A stretch of DNA of 64,000 nucleotides from the NCBI GenBank assembly GCA_030770535.1, contig JASVEC010000022.1, forward strand, positions 558,001-622,000, written 5' to 3'. The notes under the pieces are model-generated. The model saw nothing but the letters and a program-made list of their open reading frames with translations, was not told the DNA's origin and did no database searches. This DNA is from Batkoa obscura. Its lineage: Eukaryota. Shown piece after piece: positions 1 through 17,700 of the stretch. A program made the translations under genes and the position numbers. Each line of letters begins with the position of its first letter. The stretch's first letter is position 1.

Positions 1-405
1 AGGGTTGTTAGATCCTGGGAAAGGAACACTATTAGGACCTGGGAACGGAGCATTATTTCCTCCCGGAAAAGGAAGGTTATTTCCTCCTGGAAAAGGAGGA
101 TTATTAAAATTACCTCCAGGCATGGGAAAACCATCAGGTTGAGGCATACCCATTGGACTTGGAAAATTATTGTTGTTGTTACTATAATTACCGCCATAAT
201 TATTTTGACCTTGGTTATAATTACTCTGCCCTGGGAATGGAGGATTCATAGCTGGAGAAGGTATTGGAGGTCCTGGAGGTCCTGGAGGCCCTGGAGGGAA
301 ATTACTATTGTTATTATAATTATTATTGTTATAATTGTTATTGCCTTGACCAGGCATATTATTATTTTTATGATCTTGTCGATATTGTTGTCCAGGATAT
401 GGCAT
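1..405 (-). CDS. 5' part of a gene running off the window: Pro/Gly/Asn/Tyr-rich low-complexity N-terminus (metacaspase- or annexin-A7-like prodomain)
   Basis: Manual translation from ATG at 405: MPYPGQQYRQDHKNNNMPGQGNNNYNNNNYNNNSNFPPGPPGPPGPP...NPPFPGGNNLPFPGGNNAPFPGPNSVPFPGSNNP, open to the window edge. Not in the ORF track. The catalytic domain is not visible, so the family is an inference. Confidence 0.75.
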   Translation of the reverse strand, partial: MPYPGQQYRQDHKNNNMPGQGNNNYNNNNYNNNSNFPPGPPGPPGPPIPSPAMNPPFPGQSNYNQGQNNYGGNYSNNNNNFPSPMGMPQPDGFPMPGGNFNNPPFPGGNNLPFPGGNNAPFPGPNSVPFPGSNNP

Positions 406-941
406 CTTTGTTGTTTATAAGTTAAAAAATGAAAATTTTGAAAATTTTGGTTTTTGTTACTTAAACGTCTTTCTTTATTCAGCGCCTTTTCCTTATTGGT
501 TAACAAGGTTTGACTTTTTTAATTCAGCCTTCTTTTTAGAATTTAATTGGATTCCAAATTAGAACATCAACGTCAAAGCTATTATTAATCTCTATCAAAC
601 GTAGAATCGAGTACTTTGATTTTGTAGTTGAAAATTTAATACAGCGATATTTTATATTTTTATATTCATAAAATACAAATTTCAAGTGCCCAGTTCTACA
701 TTTAATAAATCTAGTAATATATGCTATTCCTAATAGTTCTTTAAAGATTTAAAAAAAACAGCTATTCTAAGTAATATAAACAAGTAAGGAACTATAGATA
801 TTTATCTATGGGTAAGTTTAAAAGCTTGCTTAAAATTAAAGATAAAATCTTCCAATTCACTTTTTTTGGCCATTTTTATGTAACGTAAAATTTTAAAAAA
901 GACTCTAAGGTAAAATCAGACAAAAAAACATTTCAGCATGT

Positions 942-1038
942 CTGGATATCTTTTTTGTTAAGAATTTTACTAGCAGTTTTTCCGCTCAAATAGCACTTAA
1001 AAGATGGAAAAAGTGACGAAGCCAAAAAAAACACCCCC
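942..1038. mobile_element. MITE family copy (decayed left end)
   Basis: Matches the ~98-bp consensus GGGGATGTATTTTTTGTTTAAGAATTTTACTAACAAT..TCCGCTCAAATAGCGCTTAAAAGATGGAAAAAGTGATGAAGCCAAAAAAAACATCCCC. Confidence 0.85.
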
Positions 1039-1187
1039 GTATGTTAATCTAAAATTAAGCAAAAGCAAATATTTTTGTCACACTTAGTGCTTAATTGTAA
1101 CCTGCCAAAAATCAAAATTAGATAAGATTTGAACCAAGTTTTCAAACTAACTCATATATAATAACATTTCTATATCAAACATTAACT

Positions 1188-1285
1188 GGGGATGTTTTTT
1201 TGGCTTCATCACTTTTTCCATCTTTTAAGTGCTATTTGAGCGGAAAAGCTGTTAGTAAAATTCTTAAACACAAAAATACATCCCC
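1188..1285. mobile_element. MITE family copy, reverse orientation, TSD AACT
   Basis: GGGGATGTTTTT...AAAAATACATCCCC flanked by AACT on both sides. Confidence 0.92.
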
Positions 1286-2656
1286 AACTAGTTTGATTTA
1301 ATACTATATAATAACCAAAAACAAATAACTACAGTATCATTTTCTATAAGTAAAAAATAGCAAAAGATACTTATAAGCTGGAAAAAAGCACTATTGAACT
1401 GAATTTATAATATAATGTTCTATATTTTCAATTGTTAATACATAAAATAAACAAATAATCTGGATAATTTTAAAAAATTTATGAATATCGTTTTAGCTTG
1501 GTATAAAATAACAGTAAAATACAATAAATTTAATTATTAATAATAAGAAAACTCAAGTTTATATTGTTAAAGTTTTAATATGTTTTAAAAAACTAAATAT
1601 TTAAATAAAATTGCTTTTATTTTATTTTTTTATCTTATATTTTAAATAATTTTCAATAAAAATTTAATATTATTTTATAGTAAAGCCAGAATTATTACTG
1701 TTTTTTATTCTATAGCTATATAAAAAAAGTTGAAAAATCAAAGTCAAAAAAAGCTAATTAAAAAAAACAAAAAATATATTTAAAAACTAAATTTATTTTT
1801 GTATATACATATCTTTTTAAAATAGCTTTTTGGCTTGTTTACTTTTTAGTTAAAATATTTTAATTTTTATAAAATTTTTAAAATTTAATATTCGAAACCT
1901 GCTTCACAATATAAAATAAGTGGTTTGATTTTTTTTTAAAACTTAGTAGTTTAAGCATTTTAATATTAGTTATAAGAAATTTAATATTTTTTTTAAATAA
2001 TTCCTATAATTTATACTTTGTTTTTTTGTAAAAACGAAATTCAAAAGCTTTTAATATATTTAATATTTTTTAATGATGTTTATATATATATTTAATAATA
2101 TTATTAATTCAAGGTTATTTTAAAAAAAAAATATTTTAAAACATTCTTATAACTTTATGAATGATATATTTAAAAAGCTGGAGATCTGAATAATTAGTGA
2201 TATTTTATTTGAAATAAACAAAGCAGTTTTTCATCATTTTAATATTCTAATAATATTATTAAATTTATTTTTTTAAAATTTTAATGATTTTTAAAGACCC
2301 GTTCCCTTGCATTTATAATTGATTTACAAAAACTGCTGATTCGATCATTTCAAAACTTTTCAACCAATATATTACATCCTCATAGATTATTACACTTGGA
2401 AAAAATCAGCCCTCTAGCATCTTTCTAACCCCAATTATTCTGAACTTTTTGAACTACCCTTATAGCTGGTTAATGAGATGCTATAAAAGCTACCTCTATT
2501 CTGTATTAAACGAAGACAGTATAAAGTCAATATTTATTTAAAAAAGATAAAAAAGATATTATTGCTTTCAAAAATAATAAAACAAGGTACTAAAAACTTT
2601 TGTTGAAATTGTATGTAAAATCAGAAAAAATTTATTAAAAACAAAAATTAAGTAAA

Positions 2657-4156
2657 CTAGATAGGAATAAAGTTGAGTTTGAGGTCTTTAGGACTAATAA
2701 ATCCTAAAGCTGGTAGTGTAGGGTTATCATAATGAGGGGAATTTTCAGGTAATTCGACATTAAAAGTGGATAATATTAAAATTAAAAAAACTTTTTGTTC
2801 TAATAAAGAAAATTGACTACCAATACACATTCTAGGACCGTAGCCAAAACCAAGTAATTCTTTAGTTAGTTTCTTATTGATTGATAAATTTCCCAGTTCA
2901 TTAACAATTAAAAATCGATTAGGATTAAACTCTTCTGGGTTTTTAAAGTGAGTATTACCCTTCATTGCTAGAGCAAAATTCAACATTAAAGGTTGTCCTT
3001 TTTTAAAGTAAATTTCATTTTCAAAATAATAATCTTTAGTACATTTCCTTGGTAACATATTAACTGTTGGTAAAATCCGCATCGATTCACTTATAACAGC
3101 TTCTAAATAAATCATCTGATTAATTTCATCTTGAGTTACAGTATGTAATTTATTAGAATCCTTGATTTTTTCACCTACTATTTGATAAATTTCATCTCTT
3201 AATTTAGTTTGAATGTCTTGATTCTTAGATAAATAATATAAAATAGTAGATACTGTATGAGCTGTAGTATCATGACCAGCAATAAAAAATGCAATCATAT
3301 CATTAATAATTTCTTCATCCGTTAATCCTTTATCATAAGTATTATTATCTGAAGCTTGAATTAAAGTAGTTAATAAATTAGGTTGTATATCATTAATATT
3401 AACTTGTTGTAATTGTTGTCTTTTTTCATCAATCATTAATTGAATCAATTCACGGAATCGTTTAGCATCTTTTTTTAAATTTAATCTTGAAGAAATAGGA
3501 AGATAATTTAATACAGGTAATACATAAAACCAAATATTATCCATAGCATTAATTAATTTAACATATAATCTGGCCATTTCATTAGTTTCATTTTCAATAT
3601 AATTGAATTTAACATCAAAAACAGATAAACCTAAACTATCTAAAGCTGCTCTTTTTAATGTACTTAATAAATCAAATTGTTTATTAGTTTGATTTAATTG
3701 AATATGTTGAATTAAATTAATTCCTATATTAAAAAATACATTAGTATCCCAACCTCTTTTAAATATCGGATTAATCATTCGTCGATGTCGTTTCCATTCT
3801 TGTCCATCAATATTGGCTATATTATCTCCTAATAATTCAATTTGTTCTAACGGTCCATCTTGCATAAATTTACTAAAACTATCAGTATCTGATAATATTT
3901 TATGAATTGTCTCTAAATCTGCTACCATAATAAACCATTGTGTAAACCAATAATTGATATATTTATACTTTTTAAATAATGGGACTATTAAATCAGAATC
4001 TCTTATTTGTAAGGGCACATTATTTACAAAATAATAAATCAATTTAAATATGTTAACACTAACTATTTTACTACTTTCTTTCTCTTCTTTCTTTTTACTA
4101 AAATTGAATCTTATTAGAATTAAACTTAATAGGGCTATTAATATATAGATAATCAT
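2657..4156 (-). CDS. Cytochrome P450 monooxygenase (intronless, 499 aa)
   Basis: N-terminal membrane anchor, WxxxR (WKRHR), I-helix AGHDTT, ExxR (ESMR), PxRF (FNPNRF), heme motif FGYGPRMCIG. Confidence 0.97.
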   Translation of the reverse strand: MIIYILIALLSLILIRFNFSKKKEEKESSKIVSVNIFKLIYYFVNNVPLQIRDSDLIVPLFKKYKYINYWFTQWFIMVADLETIHKILSDTDSFSKFMQDGPLEQIELLGDNIANIDGQEWKRHRRMINPIFKRGWDTNVFFNIGINLIQHIQLNQTNKQFDLLSTLKRAALDSLGLSVFDVKFNYIENETNEMARLYVKLINAMDNIWFYVLPVLNYLPISSRLNLKKDAKRFRELIQLMIDEKRQQLQQVNINDIQPNLLTTLIQASDNNTYDKGLTDEEIINDMIAFFIAGHDTTAHTVSTILYYLSKNQDIQTKLRDEIYQIVGEKIKDSNKLHTVTQDEINQMIYLEAVISESMRILPTVNMLPRKCTKDYYFENEIYFKKGQPLMLNFALAMKGNTHFKNPEEFNPNRFLIVNELGNLSINKKLTKELLGFGYGPRMCIGSQFSLLEQKVFLILILSTFNVELPENSPHYDNPTLPALGFISPKDLKLNFIPI

Positions 4157-5374
4157 TTTTGAAAATTTATTTATTTATTAATTCATTATTTTTATTTTAT
4201 CAATGTATTTATATTCTATTTTCTTATAAAATACTCTTAATGTCACCCTTTTGCTATTTGCAGCATAAGATTAGCATATTTTTGTTTAAAATATTTTAAT
4301 TGTAAGAACTGTTTCAAAGTTATACTCAATTCAATTTTCAATGCTCCATAACCGTAAATCTTTTTATTATTATTCTAACTTTTTAATGAATCTTATCATT
4401 TAGTGATTCAAAATTTCCCAATAATCAAAAGTAATATATCCTTTTTATTTACATGATTTCATTAGTTAGTTGTATTATTTAATGTTTTTATTATATTCAG
4501 TTAGTATGTTTTAATTATTTGTTAACACGATTTTATAAAATTAGAATAAATGAACCATAACCCTTTTCATAATATAATGTTAGCCCATATTTAATATAAA
4601 GTAAAATAGAGTTGAATCATTTAATTTATTATTATTTTTTTATTAAATACTAATAATACTTCTATTCAATTATTAAAAATTAAATATTTTCTTTTTTTAA
4701 TCTAACAACCAAATTTGAAACGTTTGAAAACTTGAATTTTTCCTTTGTAATGTTACTGCTAATTACCAAAATTCGGAATAATAAATAGCATAATCTGTCA
4801 TTGTTAAGAACTCAAAAAATTTAAGTTAATATCATACGTAACGTTTTTTTAAACTCTTAAATTTTTAAAAATCAAATTTAATTTAAAAACATTAAAAAGG
4901 GTGATTGTTTTTTTTATCAAGTTAACTTATTTATTCTTACAAAAAAAAGGATAAACAATGTCTTTTATAAAGGGGGATTTTATTATTTAAAATACGATAA
5001 TTAAAGTAACGTTACATTATACCAGATAATTGATGATTCTAAAAACTGGTTAATAAAATTTTCATAAAACGAGTAATATTTTCAGCTTGGGTGTTAACAA
5101 ACATAACATATGAAGTTTCATTGACGGATTATTCCAACTTAGTATATGTATACTAGCGGATTCATCCATTTTTAATGATTTTTGTTTATTTAATTTAAAA
5201 CTTAGAATTAAATACAAAAATAAAAACATATTAATTGAATATCACATTACTTTATTAATAGTGAAAGGAGCTGTTTTTATAATAATATTTGTTTTTCTAT
5301 TAATGTTATGTCCACTTTAATGCTTTAAAATCAAAATAATTTAAAGCTAAATGCTTAGAAAAAAAACACGATAT

Positions 5375-5473
5375 GGTGGTGTATTTTTTTGTTTAAGAAT
5401 TTTACTAACAATCTTTCCGCTCAAATAGCGCTTAAAAGATGGAAAAAGCGATGAAGTCAAAAAAAATACCCCC
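5375..5473. mobile_element. MITE family copy, TSD ATAT
   Basis: Consensus match with ATAT on both flanks. Confidence 0.9.
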
Positions 5474-5613
5474 ATATGTTTTTTAAGGATTTGGTATTTT
5501 TACAAAAATTGAGTCACTTTTAAGAAAAGAAAATCATTAAAATTGGTAATGCTTTGTGTTAGATATTAAAAAATCTACTTGAAAAGAGTTTATCTAAAAG
5601 ATGCAAGTTATTC

Positions 5614-5660
5614 TTATTATTTTTATTATTTTTATTATTTTTATTATTTTTATTATTTTT
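5614..5660. repeat. 9-bp minisatellite (TTATTATTT)n, about 5 copies
   Basis: Read directly. Confidence 0.8.
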
Positions 5661-5871
5661 AAAATTATTCTATTAAAAATATTAAATTTAGGAAATATTA
5701 TAAAGCAAGTAAAAACAATTAAATTCTATAAATATATATATATATAATGCAGTTTTATCAAGAATAATAATAACAACTTATAATAAACAGAATAAAGGTA
5801 AATAATTACTAAAGTAGCTACAAAGCTATGATAAAAATAGTCTATAAGGGGTGATTAATTTAGAAGCTCCA

Positions 5872-10927
<5,056 letters not shown>

Positions 10928-11132
10928 TTTAAAACAAATCCAAATTTCTATGTGCTAGAATTAGCTAGACTTTAATTTGGTTTTATTTTCGATGTTAACA
11001 AACTTGCATTTGTGCTTAAACTGCGAATTTTGCAAAAATTGGCCAATTAAACTTGAATGGGATGGATCATGATTAAGATGAGATTTGATTTATCAAGATT
11101 AAAAAAATAATTAACTTATGTTCAAATCCTAG

Positions 11133-12932
11133 ATGATAGTAAATACCATAGAAAGAAGGATCCTTGACCATGTATCAATATTAAGCATAAATGTCAAATT
11201 AACTATTAGCTATTTGAGGCAAAGTAAAGAGGTATTATATAGACACAAACGTACATATAATAGTCGCTATTTATGTTTTGGTTGCTATTATCTAAGGAAA
11301 GCAGGTATCAAGTCAATGTTAAATAGAGAATCACAATTATTATTTATTAATTCAAGAAACTATTCAACTTTCAGTAATATCAAACACTTATCGTATGACA
11401 AAGCAACAGAATCAAGTGAGAAAATACACGAACTAATTAATAACGAAGATAGATTACTAAAGATAATAAACCCAATAATTAATCCCAAACTTAACCTTGG
11501 TTCAATTTCAGAAAACAAAGACGAAGATATAAGGTTAATTAAATCAAAGCTATTATTAGGGATAACACCAACTATAGAGACCTTTAGAAAAGTAACATTC
11601 AATAAATTAATACAGAAAGAGTTTGAAACTTTATATGAGTTGATAGAAATTATATTAGAAACAAACATTAGAATAGAAAAAGATTTTTATACGGAGATTT
11701 TTGAGAAATTATTAATAAACAACCTTGAAAAAGACATAATCAAGTTGCTAACTTTTATTAAAGAAAGACAGCCTGAAATGGGATATCCTTTAAGTAATTG
11801 GGTGTTTGAGAAAGCAGTAAGTAACGGTAATATTGATTTAGGAAAAAAGTGTTTTAAATTTATGTTTTATAATGAATATTTAAGAAAGAATTCAAATCTT
11901 GATTTATTTTTAAAATGTATAAATTTAAATGATGCTCATCTTTTACAGTATTGTCTAAGTCCATCTCAATTAAGGTACACATTTTCAAATTTTTCTATTA
12001 GGAATAATATGGAGGGGCTATTGAGCTTAGTCTCATTAACTTTCGCACTTGAAATTGATTTGGATTCAACTTACTATCTTATATTTCTTAAGCCCTTAAT
12101 AAGTTATTCGCCCGAAATAGCTTTAAAACTATTTGAACATTTAAAGACAAAATCAAACAGTGTCTTAGATATCAAAGTTTATACAAATCTCGTCGATGGA
12201 ATATTGAGAAAATCAGAAAGTTTTGAAGTTGCCTATAAATTGATTGAAGAGATACCACCACAATTAAAAACAATTAAAGTGGAAAGGACCATTTCAAATG
12301 TTTTATTACAAGCTTATTTTCGTTATTATGATATGGAAAGATGTCTTAACTTTTATAATAGTATGTTGGAGAGTCCTGGAACGGATATATATACCTACTC
12401 AATATTATTTCAACGATTTTCTCATTATAAGAAAGCAAACGTCAATCCTACCTATGAACCAAACCTTGATATGTTTAGAGAGGATATGAAGAAATATAAC
12501 ATAAGACCAAATGGTATCATTTATAACATGTTAATCAAATGTTATTTGAAAATAAATTATTCAAAAGCATTAGAAATTTTGGATGAAAGGATAGCATGTG
12601 ATTTTAAACCAGATGGATATACGTACGCTATGTTTACAATTTATGCCTCAAAGGTTAAAAAGGACATCTCTTTGACTTTATATTGGTTTGAGAAAATCAT
12701 TGAAGCGGGCATGAAACCTATTCCAGAGGTAGTGACGGCGGTTTTGAATGTAATTAAGCGAGAACACGATATAGAGAGTGCTAAGGTAGTAAAAGATCTA
12801 TTAAATAGGTGCAGATATAAACCAAGTTTAAGTGATCATATTGATAGATTTGTTTTTAATGTTGAAAATAATATCCCTCCAATTAATATTAAAAAGCCAA
12901 AAAAGAGGTGGTTAAAAGTTAATATTGGATAA
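11133..12932 (+). CDS. Pentatricopeptide-repeat (PPR) protein, probably mitochondrial (intronless, 599 aa)
   Basis: PPR-like units (DIKVYTNLVDG, DIYTYSILF, PNGIIYNMLIKCY, PDGYTYAMF) and a basic N-terminus; divergent from RPC1 across 205 bp. Confidence 0.85.
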   Translation: MIVNTIERRILDHVSILSINVKLTISYLRQSKEVLYRHKRTYNSRYLCFGCYYLRKAGIKSMLNRESQLLFINSRNYSTFSNIKHLSYDKATESSEKIHELINNEDRLLKIINPIINPKLNLGSISENKDEDIRLIKSKLLLGITPTIETFRKVTFNKLIQKEFETLYELIEIILETNIRIEKDFYTEIFEKLLINNLEKDIIKLLTFIKERQPEMGYPLSNWVFEKAVSNGNIDLGKKCFKFMFYNEYLRKNSNLDLFLKCINLNDAHLLQYCLSPSQLRYTFSNFSIRNNMEGLLSLVSLTFALEIDLDSTYYLIFLKPLISYSPEIALKLFEHLKTKSNSVLDIKVYTNLVDGILRKSESFEVAYKLIEEIPPQLKTIKVERTISNVLLQAYFRYYDMERCLNFYNSMLESPGTDIYTYSILFQRFSHYKKANVNPTYEPNLDMFREDMKKYNIRPNGIIYNMLIKCYLKINYSKALEILDERIACDFKPDGYTYAMFTIYASKVKKDISLTLYWFEKIIEAGMKPIPEVVTAVLNVIKREHDIESAKVVKDLLNRCRYKPSLSDHIDRFVFNVENNIPPINIKKPKKRWLKVNIG

Positions 12933-12971
12933 AAATTAATAAAATTAAGTTAGAATTTATTTTTATGAATT

Positions 12972-13070
12972 GGGGATGTTTTTTTTGGTTTCATCACTTT
13001 TTCCATCTTTTAAGTGCTATTTGAGTGGAAAAATTGTTAGTAAAATTCTCAAACAAAAAAATACATCCCC
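12972..13070. mobile_element. MITE family copy 40 bp downstream of the PPR stop
   Basis: Intact GGGGATG/CATCCCC ends; flanks AATT/ATTT. Confidence 0.9.
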
Positions 13071-13476
13071 ATTTAGTTATTTTAATTAGTTATTTTGATT
13101 CTATTAAACAATGAATCTTTTAAAAAGTATTTATTTGATTTTAAATTTTATGAATATTGATGAATGACAATTTTAATAAAAACACTAATATTAAATATAA
13201 CGCATTATCAGCAAATTATTGATTTATTTTATAGATAACACTCCCTAAGGTATGAGCATGCTCAAAAAAACAGTAGGATTTAACTACACTGTATAGTCCT
13301 TCAGTAACTATCTTTGTTTTTGTGTTGATTTTACACCTTATATGACAACTATAGCCATAGTAAAGCATGATGAATTTAAAGCATTTACTTATTTTTAATG
13401 TTAAATAATATATTTGATTTTGAACCTTTGGCTCAAAAAAAGAACAATAGATACAAGCCAAAGTATTACCTTCGTT

Positions 13477-14294
13477 TTATTTATTGAATTCAAAAGGTTG
13501 CCTATCATAATAACAAGACTTGAATACTTTATCCACTGCTTCTTCCGCTTTCTCTGGTCCTGAACAATGAGGATTATAACTTATCGATAATATTGCTCTT
13601 CTTCTAACACATTCCTGTTTAATTAGATAAAATATAGAACAAAATCTGACATCAAAATCATACCTGGTGCTGTTTTTTTATTCTCAAATTACCTCTAAGA
13701 AATTCGTTGATCATTGAACAATCGTCACTGATTGCTGCTGCTCTAATCTAACATTATGAAATTAATTGATGATATTTATACATATATATCAATACTTCGG
13801 TACATGCGTTATGATAGCAATTTTCATATTTGTAATTGAAATTCCACCTTATTATTAATAAAATTAACTAAATTTTAAAATAGGTACCAGTCATAAGCAT
13901 GAACTAATTCGTGAACTATCGTATTTTCGATCTCCGCTTTAGATCTTATATTGTTTTGACATATCAAAATCTTAAATGTTAATAGTTTAAAACAGGCACT
14001 TAAATAAAAATACCCCTTTGGAATCATCAAAATAACCAATTGCAGTGTCATTACAAGGTTCACATTTAAAATGAGAATCTTTTAAGTTGCAGCCAGAAAG
14101 TTTCAGTGAGTCTCTTATAATTTTTATCTTTGAGCCTTCAATATAAATAAATAGATAAAATAATGATAAAGGTTACTATTTTCTAATATTATTTTCTTTA
14201 TCTTCTCGCATGACAGTCTCTCGCTTTTATTCTCTTTGCTTTTGTCTGAAATTGCTTCATCACTGTTTCTGCTTAATCCATCTGGCTTGACCAT
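13477..14294 (-). CDS. ATP23: Mitochondrial inner-membrane metalloprotease Atp23 (5 introns)
   Basis: Manual splicing gives MVKPDGLS...ILICQN...HELVHAYD...HNACTEIRAAAIS.DC...QHQECVRRRAILSI..NP.C...AVDKVFKSCYYDRQPFEFNK*. Confidence 0.93.
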
Positions 14295-14732
14295 CTTTGT
14301 ATTTTTTATATATACCAGATCCTTTAATTACAACTATTTTAATGCCCAACTATCAATATATCAAATGTTAAAATTATCAATAAATCTAAAGAAAGAAGTA
14401 AAATAATAAATTAGCCATCTGTTCTAAAATAGAAATAATTTTTCGGATTAAAATTAAAAGTTGAAATACAAAAAGACATTTTATTAAAGAATTTGATATC
14501 TATATAGCTTTCCGGGCAATCATTATCATATATATTGGATCTCTTTGTTTAGGAAAAACATATTTATGACCTTAAAATGGTATATAAGATTGCGTTTGTA
14601 ATAGAATTTTTTACAAATTATAATATTTTATATCAAATGCTATATTTAATAATTGATGACATCACTCAGATCAAAGTGATATTGGTATTTAATTTTTGGA
14701 CTCGAATTTTTGAATGTATTTTTTGATTCAAC

Positions 14733-17700
14733 ATGAGTAATCAAGGCCAAGGATATCAATATGATAGGCAATATATACCAAAAGAAAGAAGGCCACCTGA
14801 TAACTTAAGAGGTCGATATCATAATGAGGACCAACCTTATAGGCCTTCGAGAAGCTACAATACCAACGAACAATTAGATCCAAGAAGCTCAATGAGAAGA
14901 GGCAATTATCAAGACAATTATAAACATGAAGATGAAGATAAATTTTACTCTAGTATACATGGCAGCGACAGCCATAACGCTTCTAGATATGAAAAAAATG
15001 GCTCTAATATTGTTTCTAGGAGGAATCTAAGAGGTTATGAAGATGAGAACGAAAATTTATACCATTCCAAAAATTATGACAACCCAATGAATTTCCAAAG
15101 GGACACAAGGAATGAATACGGTAAATCAAATAGTTTTGAGAGTCCTAAAATCCAAAGATCAGATACGAGAAGGTTTAATGACAACGAGGATTATCAGAAT
15201 AGATCGAACCATTATGATAAATATGATAATGGTCCAAATCGTAATAAAGGTAGTAATTATGAGAAACCAGACCGCGGATATAATCCTAGACCCTATGTCT
15301 ATGATGGTAGAGAGGATTCTAGAGGATACAGTTATAATTCTAAAATTAATGACTATAGTTCAAGAAGCAACAATAGTAATATTTTTATATTTCTATAACA
15401 TTATACTAATTTTAAGGAGATAACAACTTTCGCTCTAGAAGAGATGGTTTCGGTACTGGCTATAACAGAAGCAGATTTGATTCAGATGATTATAATGATA
15501 GGCATGGTTATAATAAAAATAATTCATCACATAGTTATGATGACGAAAGGCACACACATAATAATGGAATGAGATCTAATCGACCTGCTATACCAACCGC
15601 TGCTCCAAAATCAGGCTGGGCATCATCTAGAAAAAGGTATGAATGGGACGAGAGTCAATCTGAGCTTAAAAGAGATGAAGCCCTTGAGGAAGACCTTTTT
15701 GGTGAAGAGAATCACGTTAATACTGGTATAAATTTCAAAGAATATAAACAAGTAGATGTAAAAGTTAAGGGGGAAAGTCCACCTCCAATCAAGTTGGTAA
15801 AATGTTCATAACTTATTATATTTTTAATTCCTATTTAGTTTAGCGACATTGATTTACACCCAAGTATCATGAATAATATTAAGTTAGCTAAATATGTGGA
15901 ACCCACTCCTGTTCAGGTATTTAATATTTTATAATTTGAAATGTATGAGTTTTTATTCTACAGGCATATACCATTCCCATTGTACTCGAAGGCCTAGATC
16001 TTATGGCATGTGCACAAACAGGTATGTTAGTTACTTATGTTATGTCTGATTAACTGTTTTAGGATCCGGAAAAACTGCTGCATTTTTAATTCCGATATTG
16101 TCAAACTTATGTAAGAATCCACCATCAAATAATGGTGGCGAAAGTAAAGTTAATATTGTGAGCCAATGGTCTAAATATGATAATGGGCCAAGACGTACAT
16201 CGGCGTGTGCAACACCTAGTGTCTTGATAATTGCACCTACTAGAGAACTTTCTGTCCAAATTTTCGAAGAAAGCTGCAGAGTACATTAATTTAGATTAAT
16301 TTTAACTATGCTAATTTTTCAAGTTTTCCTATTTGAGCAAAATGAGACCATGGTAAACCAATATCACATAACTTTAAAATCATTTAATTGGTATATAGTT
16401 CGGTGTATGGAGGATCTTCTATCACGGAGCAAAAAGCAGAGTTAGTCAGAGGGTGTAATATACTCACTGGAACTCCAGGAAGATTAAAAGATTTTATCGC
16501 TCGACGCGTTGTATCTTTAAAAAATTTAAAGTAAAAAGTTACTATCATCTGTACACTATTTAATATTTTTAGGTTTTTGGTGATTGATGAAGCAGATAGA
16601 ATGCTTGAGATGGGGTTTGAAAATGACCTTCGTGCCATTTTGGAAGGAGGTAAATAGCTATTTCTGTGATACAATTTATACTATATCAATGCAAATAGAT
16701 TGTCCTAAACCATCTGAACGTCAAACTTTGTTATTTTCTGCTACCTTCCCTAAGTCAATTCGACAATTGTGTAAAGATTTTATGAGAAAATATCTATTTT
16801 TAGCTGTTGGAAGGTAAATTTAGTTATATTGGTTCACTTTTTAACATTTGATTTTTTTTTTAGAGTTGGTGGTACATCAAAAAACATTACCCAAAAAGTA
16901 ATAACTTTATATTTATTTAATGATTTAATGATTTAATGATTTAGCTGGTATATGTTGAAGATAGGGATAAAAAGAAGGCACTCATGGATATTCTAATGAA
17001 AAGTAAACCTTGCAAAACTCTTATATTCTTAGAAACCAAAAGGGCAGCAGATACTTTGGATGACTATTTATTTAATGAGGGTTTACCATGTACATCCATC
17101 CATGGAGATCGTACCCAAGCTGAAAGAGAAGATGCACTGTCAGCTTTCAAGTAAGAAACATTTTCTTTATATTAATAGGTCATTAAAACCTTTTAGGAAT
17201 GATCAAACTCCGATATTGGTTGCAACTTCTGTTGCTGCAAGAGGGTTAGACATCAAAGATGTTAAGCACGTTATAAACTATGATCTATGTAGCACAATTG
17301 ACGAGTATGTCCATAGAATTGGTAGAACTGCTCGTGCAGGAAATACTGGAACTGCCACCAGTTTTTTCAACCATAAAAATGATGTTATTGCATATGATTT
17401 AGTAAAGCTTCTTATTGAGACCAACCATGAAATCCCAGAATTCCTAAAGAAGTATGCACATACGTATGCTTTATTATCTAAACTTATATATGATACTAAT
17501 AATTACAATTTAGGACCTCGGCTCTTGTCGAAGAAGAAGAATATAACCCGGATGAAAAAGAATGGGAAAACCCTTCAACTAAATTTGGTGAACGTTCCTC
17601 AAATAACAATTATTATCAAAACTCTGGAGATAGGCAAGGTCATGGAGATAGGCAAAACTACAGAGACAATAACAACTATGACAGGCCAGATAATAGGGAT

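Noticed and set aside
139..506. Track ORFs 139..420(+) and 246..506(-)
   Set aside because: Shadow frames of the low-complexity gene starting at 405 on the minus strand.
2657..4156. P450 as part of a secondary-metabolite cluster
   Set aside because: No PKS, NRPS, terpene synthase, transporter or regulator nearby.
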